Virus record (IMG/VR): IMGVR_UViG_3300028586_000066
Span: 1 to 27,524 of that record
Direction: 5' to 3' (one strand)
DNA from: a virus
Lineage: Duplodnaviria; Caudoviricetes
DNA: 27,524 nucleotides
The stretch's first letter is position 1. Each line of letters starts with the position of its first letter. Position numbers and translations under genes: made by a program. Below the pieces are notes generated by a model. It did not search any database and was not told the DNA's origin. It saw only the letters and a program-made list of their open reading frames with translations. This document shows, one piece after another, positions 8,061 through 17,535 of this stretch.

Positions 8061-9788
8061 ATGGCAACGAAGTACCCCAACGTCGAATCAGCGATTCGGT
8101 GGGGGAGGCGTGTCATTGCCGGCCGGGTGCCGTGCTGCAAATTCGTACAGCAGGCCGTTGAGCGTCACTTTTGCGACATGGCCAAGAGCCGCGGCGCCAA
8201 ATTTAAATACCGCTTCGACGCCGCCAAGGCCGAGAAGAAGCTCCGCCTGATGCAGATGCTCCCGCACACAAAAGGGGAGTGGGCATTCAAGCGGCAGTTG
8301 GTCACGCTCGAGCCCTGGCAACTGTTCGGCTTTGCCATGACGTTCGGCTGGGTGCGCAAGCACACGGGCCATCGCCGGTTCCGCGTCAGCTACTGGGAAG
8401 TGCCCAGGAAGAACGGCAAAAGCGTTGTCGCGGCAGGCGTCGGCATCAGCATGTTCACGGCAGACGACGAGTTCGGTGCCGAGGTGTACGCCGGCGCAAC
8501 CACCGAGAAACAAGCCTGGGAGGTGTTTCGCCCGGCGCGGTTGATGGTGAAGCGCTCGCCCATGTTGATGGAGGCGGCCGGCATCGAGGTCAATGCCTCC
8601 AACATGAACCGCCCGCTGGACGGCAGCCGCTTCGAGCCGCTGATCGGCAATCCGGGCGACGGAGCATCGCCCAGCTGCGCGATCGTCGACGAATACCACG
8701 AACACCAGAGCGCCTCGCTATACGAGACCATGCTCACCGGCATGGGCGCGCGCCGCCAGGCCCTGATGTTCGTCATCACCACCGCCGGCGCCGATATCGA
8801 AGGCCCGTGCTACGACCTGCGGCGCCAGGTAATCGAGATGCTCGCCGGCGACGTGCCGGATGACGAGCTGTTCGGCTGGATCTGGACGATTGACGAAGGC
8901 GACGACTGGACCGACCCCAAGGTGCTGGCCAAGGCCAACCCCAACTTCGGCATCTCGGTCTTTCGCGAGTACCTGGAAAGCCAGCAACAGCGAGCGATCC
9001 GCACCGCACGCTTCACTAACACCTTCAAGACCAAGCACCTGAACATCTGGGTATCGGCAAAAACCGGCTTCTACAACATGGAAGCCTGGCGAAACAGCGC
9101 CGACAGCAGCCTGACGCTCGAGCAGTTCGAGGGGCAGGACTGCGTGCTGGGTTTCGACCTGGCTCGCAAGTTGGACATGAACAGCATGGCCCGCGTCTTC
9201 TGGCGCGTGATCGATGAACGCGTGCATTACTACTGTGTGTCCCCGCGCTTCTGGGTGCCGGAAGACACCGTGCGCAGCACCGACAACCAGCGCATGTCCG
9301 AGCGATACCAGGCCTGGGTGAATACCGGCGACCTGATCGAGACCGCCGGCGCCGAAGTGGATTATCGAGAAATACTCGAAGAGGCCAAGGACGCCGGCCG
9401 CAACAGCGCCGTCAAGGAATGCCCCATAGACCCACACGGCGCCACGGGGCTGTCTCACGAGCTGGAAGACGAAGGGCTCACACCAGTCGTCATCACCCAG
9501 AACTACACCAACATGTCCACGCCCATGAAGGAACTGGAAGCCGCGATTCTCAGCGGCCGCTTCCACCATGACGGCAACCCCATCATGACCTGGTGCATGG
9601 GCAACGTAATCGGCAAGAACCTGCCCGGCAACGACGACATCGTGCGGCCGATCAAGCAGGGCAACGACAACAAGATCGACGGCGCCGTGGCGCTGATCAT
9701 GGCGGTGGGCCGAGTGCTGGCCCAGGCCACAACCCCAAACACCGACGACGACTGGTTCGACGCCATACGGAATCCCATCATCACATGA
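8061..9788 (+). CDS. terL: Terminase large subunit
   Basis: LEPWQ, Walker A VPRKNGKS, Walker [14 protein letters not shown], nuclease GFDLA, KIDGAVA. Confidence 0.97.
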   Translation: MATKYPNVESAIRWGRRVIAGRVPCCKFVQQAVERHFCDMAKSRGAKFKYRFDAAKAEKKLRLMQMLPHTKGEWAFKRQLVTLEPWQLFGFAMTFGWVRKHTGHRRFRVSYWEVPRKNGKSVVAAGVGISMFTADDEFGAEVYAGATTEKQAWEVFRPARLMVKRSPMLMEAAGIEVNASNMNRPLDGSRFEPLIGNPGDGASPSCAIVDEYHEHQSASLYETMLTGMGARRQALMFVITTAGADIEGPCYDLRRQVIEMLAGDVPDDELFGWIWTIDEGDDWTDPKVLAKANPNFGISVFREYLESQQQRAIRTARFTNTFKTKHLNIWVSAKTGFYNMEAWRNSADSSLTLEQFEGQDCVLGFDLARKLDMNSMARVFWRVIDERVHYYCVSPRFWVPEDTVRSTDNQRMSERYQAWVNTGDLIETAGAEVDYREILEEAKDAGRNSAVKECPIDPHGATGLSHELEDEGLTPVVITQNYTNMSTPMKELEAAILSGRFHHDGNPIMTWCMGNVIGKNLPGNDDIVRPIKQGNDNKIDGAVALIMAVGRVLAQATTPNTDDDWFDAIRNPIIT

Positions 9789-9946
9789 ACGCCTTCCTTG
9801 CATTCCTGCTGGTCAGCCTGGCCGGCTTCGCGCTGCTGTGCGCGGGCGTCTGGATGTTGGCCGGCACCGGCTGGGCGTTGGTCGCCGGCGCCGGTTCGCT
9901 GTTCTGCATCGCGGGCTTCATTCGACGGGGTATGACCAATGGGTAA
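9785..9946 (+). CDS. Small 2-TM protein between terL and portal (53 aa)
   Basis: ATGA overlap with terL; [37 protein letters not shown]...; a common slot in HK97-like phages. Confidence 0.75.
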   Translation: MNAFLAFLLVSLAGFALLCAGVWMLAGTGWALVAGAGSLFCIAGFIRRGMTNG

Positions 9947-11243
9947 AAGCCTGATGCAGGCGCTCGTCACGTCAGCACAGCGCCCTGCAGCGAGCCTGAC
10001 CGAATGGGTGGGCAAGCCCATCCGCCTCAGTGATGGCGGCTTCTGGAGCACCTACTTCGGCAGCCAATCCAGCTCCGGCAAGTCCGTCAATGTCGACAAC
10101 GCCATGCGCTTGTCCACTGTGTGGGCCTGCGTGCGCATCATCTCGATGTCGGTCGCCGGCCTGCCGCTGAACATCTACCGCCGCAAGCCCGACGGTAGTC
10201 GCGAGACCGCCCGCGACTTCTCGCTGTACGACGTGGTGCACACCAGCCCCAACGAAGACACCACCGCCTTCCACTTCTGGCAGTCGGTCGTCGCCTCGAT
10301 GCTGCTCTGGGGCAACGCCTACTGCGAGATCCACCGTTCAGCCGGCCGCGTGATCGCGATCGACTTCCTGCTGCCTGGCCGCGTAAAGGTCGAGCAGGAT
10401 GACAACGGGCGCCTGCGCTACTGGTTCACGCCTAAGAAGGGTAATCGCCGCGAGATCAAGCGCGAGAACATGCTGCACATCCCGGCCTTCACGCTGGATG
10501 GCAAAGTCGGGCTTTCGGCAATCCGCTACGGCGCCGACGTGTTCGGCTCGGCGATGTCTGCAGACGATGCAGCAAACAGCACCTTCAAGAACGGCATGAT
10601 GCCCACCGTCGCGTTCAAGATGGACCGGGTACTGACGCCCGATCAGCGGACGGATTTCCGCGAGTACGCCAAGACCATCAGCGGCGCCATGAATGCCGGC
10701 AAGTCACCAGTGCTGGAGTACGGAATCACGCCAGAGGCCATCGGCATCAACCCCGCCGACGCGCAGCTGCTTGAGTCCCGCGGCCACAGCGTTGAGGAAA
10801 TCTGCCGCTGGTTCGGCGTGCCAACCTGGATGGTCATGAAGACCGACAAAGGCAGCAACTGGGGCACCGGCTTGGAGCAACAGCAGTTGGCGTTCCTCAC
10901 CTACTGCATCATGAGCTACACCGCTCCCATCGAGCAGTGCGTAGAGAAGAAGCTGCTCACCGCGGTGGATCGCATCACTTATTACGCCGAGTACTCGCTG
11001 GAAGCATTCCTGCGGGCCGACAGCGCTGGCCGCGCCGCCTTCTACGCGACTATGACTCAGAACGGGAATATGACCCGCCGCGAAGTACGACGCAAAGAGA
11101 ACCTGCCATCCAAGCCGGGCGACGACATCCTCACCGTGCAATCGAACCTCGTGCCGCTCGATCAACTGGGCAAGCAGAACGAAAGCCAATCCGTACGGGC
11201 CGCGCTGAAAAACTGGCTCACCGCCGACACCGTCAAGGAATAA
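9939..11243 (+). CDS. Portal protein, HK97 family
   Basis: TVWACVRII...AGLPL, PN, LLWGNAY, GLSAI, EEICRWFGVP, EVRRKENLP. Confidence 0.96.
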   Translation: MGKSLMQALVTSAQRPAASLTEWVGKPIRLSDGGFWSTYFGSQSSSGKSVNVDNAMRLSTVWACVRIISMSVAGLPLNIYRRKPDGSRETARDFSLYDVVHTSPNEDTTAFHFWQSVVASMLLWGNAYCEIHRSAGRVIAIDFLLPGRVKVEQDDNGRLRYWFTPKKGNRREIKRENMLHIPAFTLDGKVGLSAIRYGADVFGSAMSADDAANSTFKNGMMPTVAFKMDRVLTPDQRTDFREYAKTISGAMNAGKSPVLEYGITPEAIGINPADAQLLESRGHSVEEICRWFGVPTWMVMKTDKGSNWGTGLEQQQLAFLTYCIMSYTAPIEQCVEKKLLTAVDRITYYAEYSLEAFLRADSAGRAAFYATMTQNGNMTRREVRRKENLPSKPGDDILTVQSNLVPLDQLGKQNESQSVRAALKNWLTADTVKE

Positions 11244-11246
11244 CCC

Positions 11247-12083
11247 ATGAAACACAAAATCCAGTCTCGCGGCCTACGCAGCGAGATGAGCCCGCGCGCG
11301 CTCGAGAAATGGAACCCTGCCATTCAGGCGGCGGTGGAGAACACCTCCGACACCATCACCATCTACGGCGTGATCGGCGAAGACTGGTACGGAGAGGGCG
11401 TAACCCTGTCGCGGATCGATGCCGCGCTGCGCGCTATCGGACAGCGTGACGTGACCGTCTACATCAACTCGCCCGGCGGCGACATGTTCGAAGGCATCGC
11501 CATCTACAACCGGCTGCGCGAGCACAGCCATAAGGTCACCACCAAAGTGCTCGGCATGGCCGCCAGCGCCGCGTCGGTCATCTACTTGGCCGGCGCCGAG
11601 CGCCAGGTGGCGAGCAGCGCGTTTCTGATGATCCACAACTGCTGGACCTTCCTCGCCGGCAACCGCCACTACCTGCGCGATGTGGCAGACGACATGGAAG
11701 AGTTCGACGCCGCCATGGCCGACCTCTACGCCGAAACCAGCGGGCAGCCAGTACCGGACATGGCCGAGATGATGGATGACGAAACGTTCATCCGCGGCAA
11801 ACGCGCCGTCGAGCTTGGCCTGGCCACCGGCCTGCTGTCCGCCGACGAAGTCACCGAGCGAGACACCAGCGAGAGCCAGCAGAACAACGCCCTCAAGGCC
11901 ATGGATATCGCCCTGGCCAAGTCCGGCATGCCGCGCTCTGAGCGCCGCGAACTCTTCGCCAATTTCAAGTCCGGCACGCTTCGCGCTGCTGGCGGGGCCA
12001 CGCAGAACGCTGGCCCGACCGATAAGCCCCGCGCTGTCGCGCTCGACCTCCAGCCACTCCCGAAAATCAATTTCCCCGCATGA
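11247..12083 (+). CDS. ClpP-type prohead maturation protease
   Basis: YINSPGGDMFEG, GMAASAAS (catalytic Ser), LMIHN (His), ETF...AVELGLA. Confidence 0.95.
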   Translation: MKHKIQSRGLRSEMSPRALEKWNPAIQAAVENTSDTITIYGVIGEDWYGEGVTLSRIDAALRAIGQRDVTVYINSPGGDMFEGIAIYNRLREHSHKVTTKVLGMAASAASVIYLAGAERQVASSAFLMIHNCWTFLAGNRHYLRDVADDMEEFDAAMADLYAETSGQPVPDMAEMMDDETFIRGKRAVELGLATGLLSADEVTERDTSESQQNNALKAMDIALAKSGMPRSERRELFANFKSGTLRAAGGATQNAGPTDKPRAVALDLQPLPKINFPA

Positions 12084-12094
12084 GGAACAACACC

Positions 12095-13480
12095 ATGAAA
12101 TTCCGCCTCTCCCCGCTGTTCCTGATGGCTGTGCTGGCCGTCGCAGCGCTCATCCCGCTCACCTTCGGCGTCACTGCCGAATCCATCCTCGGCACCTTGT
12201 TTCTAATTGGCGGCGCCACCGCCCTGGTGCAACCGGGCAAATCCAGCTACCGCGCCTGGAACGCCCAGATGGGTAAGGTCGGTGAAGAAGGCATCGAAGA
12301 GCAATACAAGCAGGTGCAGGCCAACCTGAAGGAAGTGGGTGACCATCTCAAGGCCCACGCCGAACAGGCGCAGAAGGACGTTGCCCGCCACCAGGAAATG
12401 TCCGCCGAAACCCGCGCCAAAGTCGACGAGATGCTGACCAAGCAGGGCGAGCTGCAAGCCCGCCTGCAGGAAGCCGAGCAGAAGCTGGTGAACGCCAACT
12501 CTGATCGCGGCCAAGGCGAACGCCAGCAGTCTGCCGGTGAACTGGTGACCAGCGCGGAAGCCATGCAGGGCGTGAACTCTTCGTTCCGTGGCTCCCGCCG
12601 CGTTTCGGTGCCGCGTGCGGCAATCACCTCTGTCGGCAGTTCCGGCGGCTCCTTGGTCTCACCGGATCGCCGCCAGGAAATCATCATGCCGCCTGAGCGT
12701 CGTCTGACAATCCGCGACCTGATCGCGCCTGGCACTACCACCAGTAACTCCATCGAGTATGTGCGTGAAACCGGCTTCACCAACAACGCGGCAGCGGTGG
12801 CCGAGGGTGGCGCGAAGCCTTATTCGGACATCACCTTCGCGTTGGAAAACGCGCCGGTTCGCACTCTCGCTCACCTGTTCAAGGCGAGCCGCCAAATCCT
12901 CGACGACGCCGCTGCACTGCAGAGCTACATCGATGCGCGCGCCCGCTACGGCCTGCTGATGGTTGAAGAGTCCCAACTGCTGTACGGCAACGGCACCGGT
13001 GCCAATCTTCAGGGCCTCATTACGCTCGCACAAGCTTACGCCGCGCCGGGTGGCATCACGGTCACCGGTGAGCAGCGTATCGATCGCCTTCGCCTGGCGC
13101 TGCTGCAGGCAGAGTTGTCCGAGTTCCCAGCGGACGGCATCGTGCTGAACCCGATTGACTGGGCTGCCATCGAGCTGACCAAGGATGCCGAAGGGCGCTA
13201 CATCGTCGGCCAGCCGCAGGAAGGAACAGCGGCCCGACTGTGGAACCGCCCTGTCGTGTCCACCCAGGCCATGCAGCAGGATGAGTTCCTCACCGGTGCG
13301 TTCCGCTTGGGTGCGCAGATCTTCGACCGCATGGACATCGAGATCCTGGTCTCCACCGAGAACGACAAGGATTTCGAGAACAACATGGTGACCATCCGCG
13401 CTGAAGAGCGCCTGGCTTTCGCCGTGTACCGCGACGAAGCCTTTGTCACCGGCCCGCTCACCGGCGCCGCCGGCGGCTGA
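12095..13480 (+). CDS. Major capsid protein, HK97 fold, with hydrophobic N-terminal extension
   Basis: GAGGAA RBS before ATG 12095; coiled-coil delta-like region; RRLTIRDLI, VAEGGAKP, LLYGNGTG, VLNPIDW, FENNMVTIRAEERLA. Confidence 0.95.
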   Translation: MKFRLSPLFLMAVLAVAALIPLTFGVTAESILGTLFLIGGATALVQPGKSSYRAWNAQMGKVGEEGIEEQYKQVQANLKEVGDHLKAHAEQAQKDVARHQEMSAETRAKVDEMLTKQGELQARLQEAEQKLVNANSDRGQGERQQSAGELVTSAEAMQGVNSSFRGSRRVSVPRAAITSVGSSGGSLVSPDRRQEIIMPPERRLTIRDLIAPGTTTSNSIEYVRETGFTNNAAAVAEGGAKPYSDITFALENAPVRTLAHLFKASRQILDDAAALQSYIDARARYGLLMVEESQLLYGNGTGANLQGLITLAQAYAAPGGITVTGEQRIDRLRLALLQAELSEFPADGIVLNPIDWAAIELTKDAEGRYIVGQPQEGTAARLWNRPVVSTQAMQQDEFLTGAFRLGAQIFDRMDIEILVSTENDKDFENNMVTIRAEERLAFAVYRDEAFVTGPLTGAAGG

Positions 13481-13500
13481 TCCCCAACCCATCGATAAAC

Positions 13501-13525
13501 CAAGGCGCCCGGACAGGGCGCCTTG
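13501..13525 (+). other. Perfect 10-bp hairpin after the capsid gene
   Basis: CAAGGCGCCC-ggaca-GGGCGCCTTG with no long U tract. Confidence 0.6.
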
Positions 13526-13540
13526 CTCGAGGGCATTCCC

Positions 13541-13936
13541 GTGGAAACTCCCGATACCACCAACCCCCAGGTGAACCCCGCCGCCGACCCAGCCGCGACA
13601 GGTGCACCGGCAGGAGCTGGCACCACCGCAGCGGCTGCCGCGGCCAATAACCCCGCAGCGGCCGCCAAGCCAGCGGCCACCAAGCCAGCCGCCAAAACCG
13701 CCAAGAAGAATGCCGGCACCGCCGATTCCACCGAAGCCGAGGGCGCTGCTCAGGCAGCCGCCAACCCGCAAACGGTCACGATCTGGCCGCTGCGTTCCTA
13801 CCAGGATGCCGGCGAGATCAAGCGCCGCGGTGGCCCCAGCTACACCGCACCCAAACGCCACGCCGATGCACTGATCACCCGCGGCCTCGCCACGGATGAG
13901 AAGCCCGCCAAGGCCAAGCCCGAAACCAACGATTAG
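13541..13936 (+). CDS. Ala/Pro/Lys-rich head-associated hypothetical protein
   Basis: GAGGG RBS before GTG 13541; low-complexity N-terminus and a compact C-terminal domain. Confidence 0.7.
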   Translation: METPDTTNPQVNPAADPAATGAPAGAGTTAAAAAANNPAAAAKPAATKPAAKTAKKNAGTADSTEAEGAAQAAANPQTVTIWPLRSYQDAGEIKRRGGPSYTAPKRHADALITRGLATDEKPAKAKPETND

Positions 13937-13946
13937 GAACCCGCTC

Positions 13947-14255
13947 ATGCCCATGCCGACCCTCGCAGACCTCAAGACCCACCTGCGTATTCGGCATGGG
14001 CATGAGGACGACGATTTGCAGATGAAACTGGCCGCGGCGATCGACAACGCCAGCCAGTTCATCAACCGCCCAATCCCCTGGGCAAACGAAGAGGGCGAGC
14101 CCGTGGACGTACCCAACAGCGTGCGCCTCGGCATCCTCATCATCGCCGCCGAGCTGTACAGCAACCGCGAGCAATCCGTGGTTGGCACCATCTACACGGC
14201 CATCCCTAAGGCAGAGAACATGTTGCACTTCTACCGCGTGGGGCTGGGCATATGA
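13947..14255 (+). CDS. Head-tail connector (HK97 gp6-like)
   Basis: TLADLKTHLRI...EDDDL...FINR...VPNSVRLGIL...ELYSNRE...YRV; AGGA RBS. Confidence 0.9.
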   Translation: MPMPTLADLKTHLRIRHGHEDDDLQMKLAAAIDNASQFINRPIPWANEEGEPVDVPNSVRLGILIIAAELYSNREQSVVGTIYTAIPKAENMLHFYRVGLGI

Positions 14256-14800
14256 GAGCAGGGCGCCTCAACACACCGGTCACGCTGCTCGAGCTCAACG
14301 CCGACATCAGGGCCTGTGAGCTGGACTGGCTCTGGTGCGGCATCGACACGAAGGAAACTGCCGAGCCGTCGTACCCAGCCGGCCTGCGCAACCCCGCCAA
14401 GGTCGCCATTCGCGCCTGGTGGGATGAACGCCTGCGCCAGGGCCGCTACCTGCGCACCGAGCACCGCCTGTTCCACATCGACAGCGCCCGCGACTACCGG
14501 GGCGACCGCGCCGAGCTGGCCATCACCGCAACTGAGTTCGTCGGTGAGCCAGCCCAGCTGCTACCCGAAGGGCTGGCCCCGCGCTGCGTGCGCGTGTTCA
14601 TGGATTACCAGAGCCCCTGGCGCGATGAGAACGGCCAGGTCATCGACTACCGCATCCGCGCCGAGGTGGCATTGATCGAGGCGGGCAGGGTGCAAACCGA
14701 CGACAAGCTGAAGGTCGGCGGCGTTACCTACCTGGTGACCGCCATCCCCAGCGACATGGATGACGGCATCGTTCGCAACCTCTGGCTGGAGCCAATCTGA
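14252..14800 (+). CDS. Head-closure / head-tail adaptor, apparently two-domain
   Basis: MRAGRL N-terminus of SPP1 gp16/HK97-type head-closure proteins, plus an extra ~85-aa C-terminal domain. Confidence 0.75.
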   Translation: MRAGRLNTPVTLLELNADIRACELDWLWCGIDTKETAEPSYPAGLRNPAKVAIRAWWDERLRQGRYLRTEHRLFHIDSARDYRGDRAELAITATEFVGEPAQLLPEGLAPRCVRVFMDYQSPWRDENGQVIDYRIRAEVALIEAGRVQTDDKLKVGGVTYLVTAIPSDMDDGIVRNLWLEPI

Positions 14801-15414
14801 TGGAAATGGGGGTAAGGCTCGTGGGCCTCGACATGGCGCGCGCCAGGCTGGCACAGGTCAATCGCCAGGTTGACCCTGTGCTGCGCGGCGCGCTTAACAC
14901 CACGGCCACCAAAGCCCGCTCCGAGCGCTACGTGAAGCGCATGGGCAGCATCTTTAAGTCCTCGATTTTGGGCGCTCGCCTGGGCGGCGCGGATCTACGC
15001 GGCAAGCTCACCATCAAACGCGCCCGAAAGGGTCGCATGAACAGCCGCATCATCCCGTCCAGCTCCGGCGTACGGGTAGACGATTACCGGCGCTGGTTCT
15101 TCGAGTGGCTCAGCCCAACCCGCGCCCGGGTTTACGTGATGGGCCTGCGCGGCAAGAAGCTCGCCGCCGGCTTCGTAAACCCGGCCAGCATTGGGAAAAA
15201 GCCGCTGGCCACGCGTGGCGACAAGCGCACAGGCGCCAAGAACTACCGTCGCAACCTCAAGCTGCAGACCGCCATGGGGCCTTCGATGGCCTACTGGTTC
15301 CAGCAGCTCACCGGCAGCGAAACCGTTCGCTGGACGAACATATTCCTACGGCAAGAATTCGAGCGCCGTGTGCGGCGTGAAATCGCGCGCTACGGCGCAG
15401 GGGCAGGGCAATGA
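14800..15414 (+). CDS. Tail completion protein (lambda gpZ-like)
   Basis: Very basic; RGALNTTA and GPS motifs; position in the neck module. Confidence 0.6.
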   Translation: MEMGVRLVGLDMARARLAQVNRQVDPVLRGALNTTATKARSERYVKRMGSIFKSSILGARLGGADLRGKLTIKRARKGRMNSRIIPSSSGVRVDDYRRWFFEWLSPTRARVYVMGLRGKKLAAGFVNPASIGKKPLATRGDKRTGAKNYRRNLKLQTAMGPSMAYWFQQLTGSETVRWTNIFLRQEFERRVRREIARYGAGAGQ

Positions 15415-15845
15415 ACAAGGCATCGCTGGTGAGCGAACAGCTGCGCGAGCTGCTGGAGAACATTCGCCCGAGCAACGGCTACTACACCGACCTCAAGGCC
15501 GTGTATGGCCCAAAGGACAAACCCCGCGACAAGCCGCCGACACCCTACGCCCTGGTGCGCTGGACCAACGATGTACGCACCGACCTGGCCGTTACTCAAG
15601 CTCTACGCGTGCGCAGCTTCGAGATCGAGGTGTTCTTCTCCAAGGCCTGTGAAGAGCAGGACCTGGACGCCGTGCACGTCGACATCCTCCGCTGCCTCGG
15701 CATCGGCCAAGAGCTGCCAGAGCGCAAGTTCCCCGGCCTGCTGGAAGCCGAGGACGAAGCCGTTGCCCGCTGGGCAGAGGGTGGCGAAACCACCCACAGC
15801 ATCACCATCACCATCGGCGTGCAGTACGCCCAGAACTACAACTGA
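15411..15845 (+). CDS. Tail terminator (gpU-like)
   Basis: LENIRPSNGYYTDL motif; acidic; just upstream of the tail tube gene. Confidence 0.65.
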   Translation: MNKASLVSEQLRELLENIRPSNGYYTDLKAVYGPKDKPRDKPPTPYALVRWTNDVRTDLAVTQALRVRSFEIEVFFSKACEEQDLDAVHVDILRCLGIGQELPERKFPGLLEAEDEAVARWAEGGETTHSITITIGVQYAQNYN

Positions 15846-15868
15846 CGGCCCCAGGCCAGGAGAAGCAC

Positions 15869-16039
15869 ATGAAGCTGAAGGCGATCACGCCCCAGTACGT
15901 CGAGGGCCGCCTGGTGCCGCCCGGCGAAGACTTCGACACCACCGACGCCGACGGCGAGCGGCGCGTCAAAGAAGGCGGCGCCAAGGCCGTTACCACCAAA
16001 GCCCCGAAAGCCAAGGCCCAAGCCGAAGCCGCCAAGTAA
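15869..16039 (+). CDS. Small 56-aa virion-module protein (MKLKAITPQYVEGRLVPPGEDF...), absent from the ORF track
   Basis: AGGAG RBS at 15858-15862, ATG 15869, TAA 16037-16039; fills the gap before the tail tube gene. Confidence 0.8.
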   Translation: MKLKAITPQYVEGRLVPPGEDFDTTDADGERRVKEGGAKAVTTKAPKAKAQAEAAK

Positions 16040-16051
16040 GGAACCGCCAGC

Positions 16052-16840
16052 ATGCTCTATACCCAACTTTTCCGCGGCCCTTGCGGCGTCGCGCCGTACC
16101 CGTCGTTCGTGTTCGAGGAACTGTTCAAGCTGCAGAACATTACTGCTGAGCCTGAGCAAGCCGAGATCGTGATTCAGGATCCTACCCGCATCGGCCTGCC
16201 CGAGCTGGACGGCGTCAACTCTGTTACCGCGATCAACATCACCGGTGAGGCAGTAAGCTTCAGCCCGGCCGCCGCTGCCGTGGCGCTGTATGGCTCCGTG
16301 GAGCGCGTGCCATCGGGTACTGCCGAGGAAGAGCAGCACGACGCCTATGTCGACCGCACCATTCGCCTGGCCAATATCCCGCTGGTCGTCAACAGTGTGA
16401 CCGCAGTGGGTGGTGGTACCACCTATGTGCGCGGCGTTGACTACGCCGTGACGCCTGGCGGCATTCGCCCGCTGATTGCCGGCGCGCTGGCCACTGCCAT
16501 CAATGCAACGGTGGCGCCGGTTGATGGCGGCCTGAAGCGCCTACCGATCGAGGTGAATTACACCTACCCGACCGTGGACGTAATCAAGCCCTTCACCCAG
16601 GGCCGCAAGTTCTTCCGCGTGATGTTCGAGCAGATCAACGAAGCCGGCGACGGCGAGAAGCGCCGCATCACCTGCTTCTATGCTCGCATCAGCCTCAACG
16701 GCGGCATGCCCCTGAACCAAGCTGCCGAGTTCGGCGTAATTCCGATCTCCATCCGCCTGCTGTCCGACCCGAACATCTTCGACGCCGGCGAGGCAGCCAT
16801 CTGGGAGATGGAAGTGCAGAACACCGACGATGCGGCTTGA
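16052..16840 (+). CDS. Major tail tube protein
   Basis: Position after the tail terminator; AAGGAA RBS; 262 aa, beta-rich with a YVRGVDYAV insertion; followed by a terminator. Confidence 0.8.
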   Translation: MLYTQLFRGPCGVAPYPSFVFEELFKLQNITAEPEQAEIVIQDPTRIGLPELDGVNSVTAINITGEAVSFSPAAAAVALYGSVERVPSGTAEEEQHDAYVDRTIRLANIPLVVNSVTAVGGGTTYVRGVDYAVTPGGIRPLIAGALATAINATVAPVDGGLKRLPIEVNYTYPTVDVIKPFTQGRKFFRVMFEQINEAGDGEKRRITCFYARISLNGGMPLNQAAEFGVIPISIRLLSDPNIFDAGEAAIWEMEVQNTDDAA

Positions 16841-16902
16841 TCGCGACGTGGTTACACAGCTGTAAACGGTCGGGAACCCGACCGATTTATTCCGTTTCAC
16901 TC

Positions 16903-16941
16903 AAGCCCTGGCGGTTCATCTCGCCGGGGCTTTTTGTTTTT
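16903..16941 (+). terminator. Intrinsic terminator after the tail tube gene
   Basis: AAGCCCTGGCG-8 nt-CGCCGGGGCTT followed by TTTGTTTTT. Confidence 0.8.
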
Positions 16942-17027
16942 GGCTGCAGCTAGGGGGCACCCGAACGCGCCTTCCCTGGGGCGCTGCTGCAGCCGATCTA
17001 TTCCAGGGCAATTGCAGGGGATGTGCC

Positions 17028-17534
17028 ATGAACAACGTGATTCCGTTTCACTACCAAGGCCAGCCGGTACGCTTCAGCACTGACGGCTGGGTCAATGCTA
17101 CCGACGTTGCGAAGAAATTCGGTAGAAAGCCAGCCAAGTGGCTCGAGCTGCCCAGCACAAAGAGCTACATGGCTGCGTTGGTGCGACACCTAGTTGATGA
17201 AGTCCGAAAATCGGACTTCAAGCTGGTTGAGACAGTTCGAGGTCGCGGAGCAAGTACATGGCTACACCCCAAGCTCGCGGTAGCCTTCGCGCGCTGGCTC
17301 GATGATGACTTCGCAGTCTGGGCCGACCTACATATCGACGCTCTGCTGCGCGGCGAGCTGAACGAAAAGCAGCAGTTCGACCGGGCCTGCAAGCGCCTTA
17401 CCGATGCTCAGGCGGTGGCCAGCCTGAGCGGTCGCGAGCTCGCGGCCTGGCGCTGGAAGAAGCCAGTGCTTGTGGAGCAGGTTGAACACTGGCGCCATGA
17501 GCTGCAGCTGACGCTCGGCCTCGAAGTGGCGTGA
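17028..17534 (+). CDS. KilA-N domain protein (antirepressor-like)
   Basis: DGWVNATDVAKKFGRKPAKWLELPSTKSY...TWLHPKLAVAFARWL; AGGGG RBS. Confidence 0.92.
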   Translation: MNNVIPFHYQGQPVRFSTDGWVNATDVAKKFGRKPAKWLELPSTKSYMAALVRHLVDEVRKSDFKLVETVRGRGASTWLHPKLAVAFARWLDDDFAVWADLHIDALLRGELNEKQQFDRACKRLTDAQAVASLSGRELAAWRWKKPVLVEQVEHWRHELQLTLGLEVA

Positions 17535-17535
17535 T

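Noticed and set aside
8718-9803. 361-aa minus-strand ORF
   Set aside because: Antisense shadow of terL.
12260-12285. NAQMG in the capsid extension as a prepilin-peptidase site
   Set aside because: Prepilin cleavage needs the hydrophobic helix after the Gly; here it lies before and the following residues are charged.
12659-14191. 510-aa minus-strand ORF
   Set aside because: Antisense shadow of the capsid and connector genes, expected from GC-rich codon bias; no recognisable motifs.
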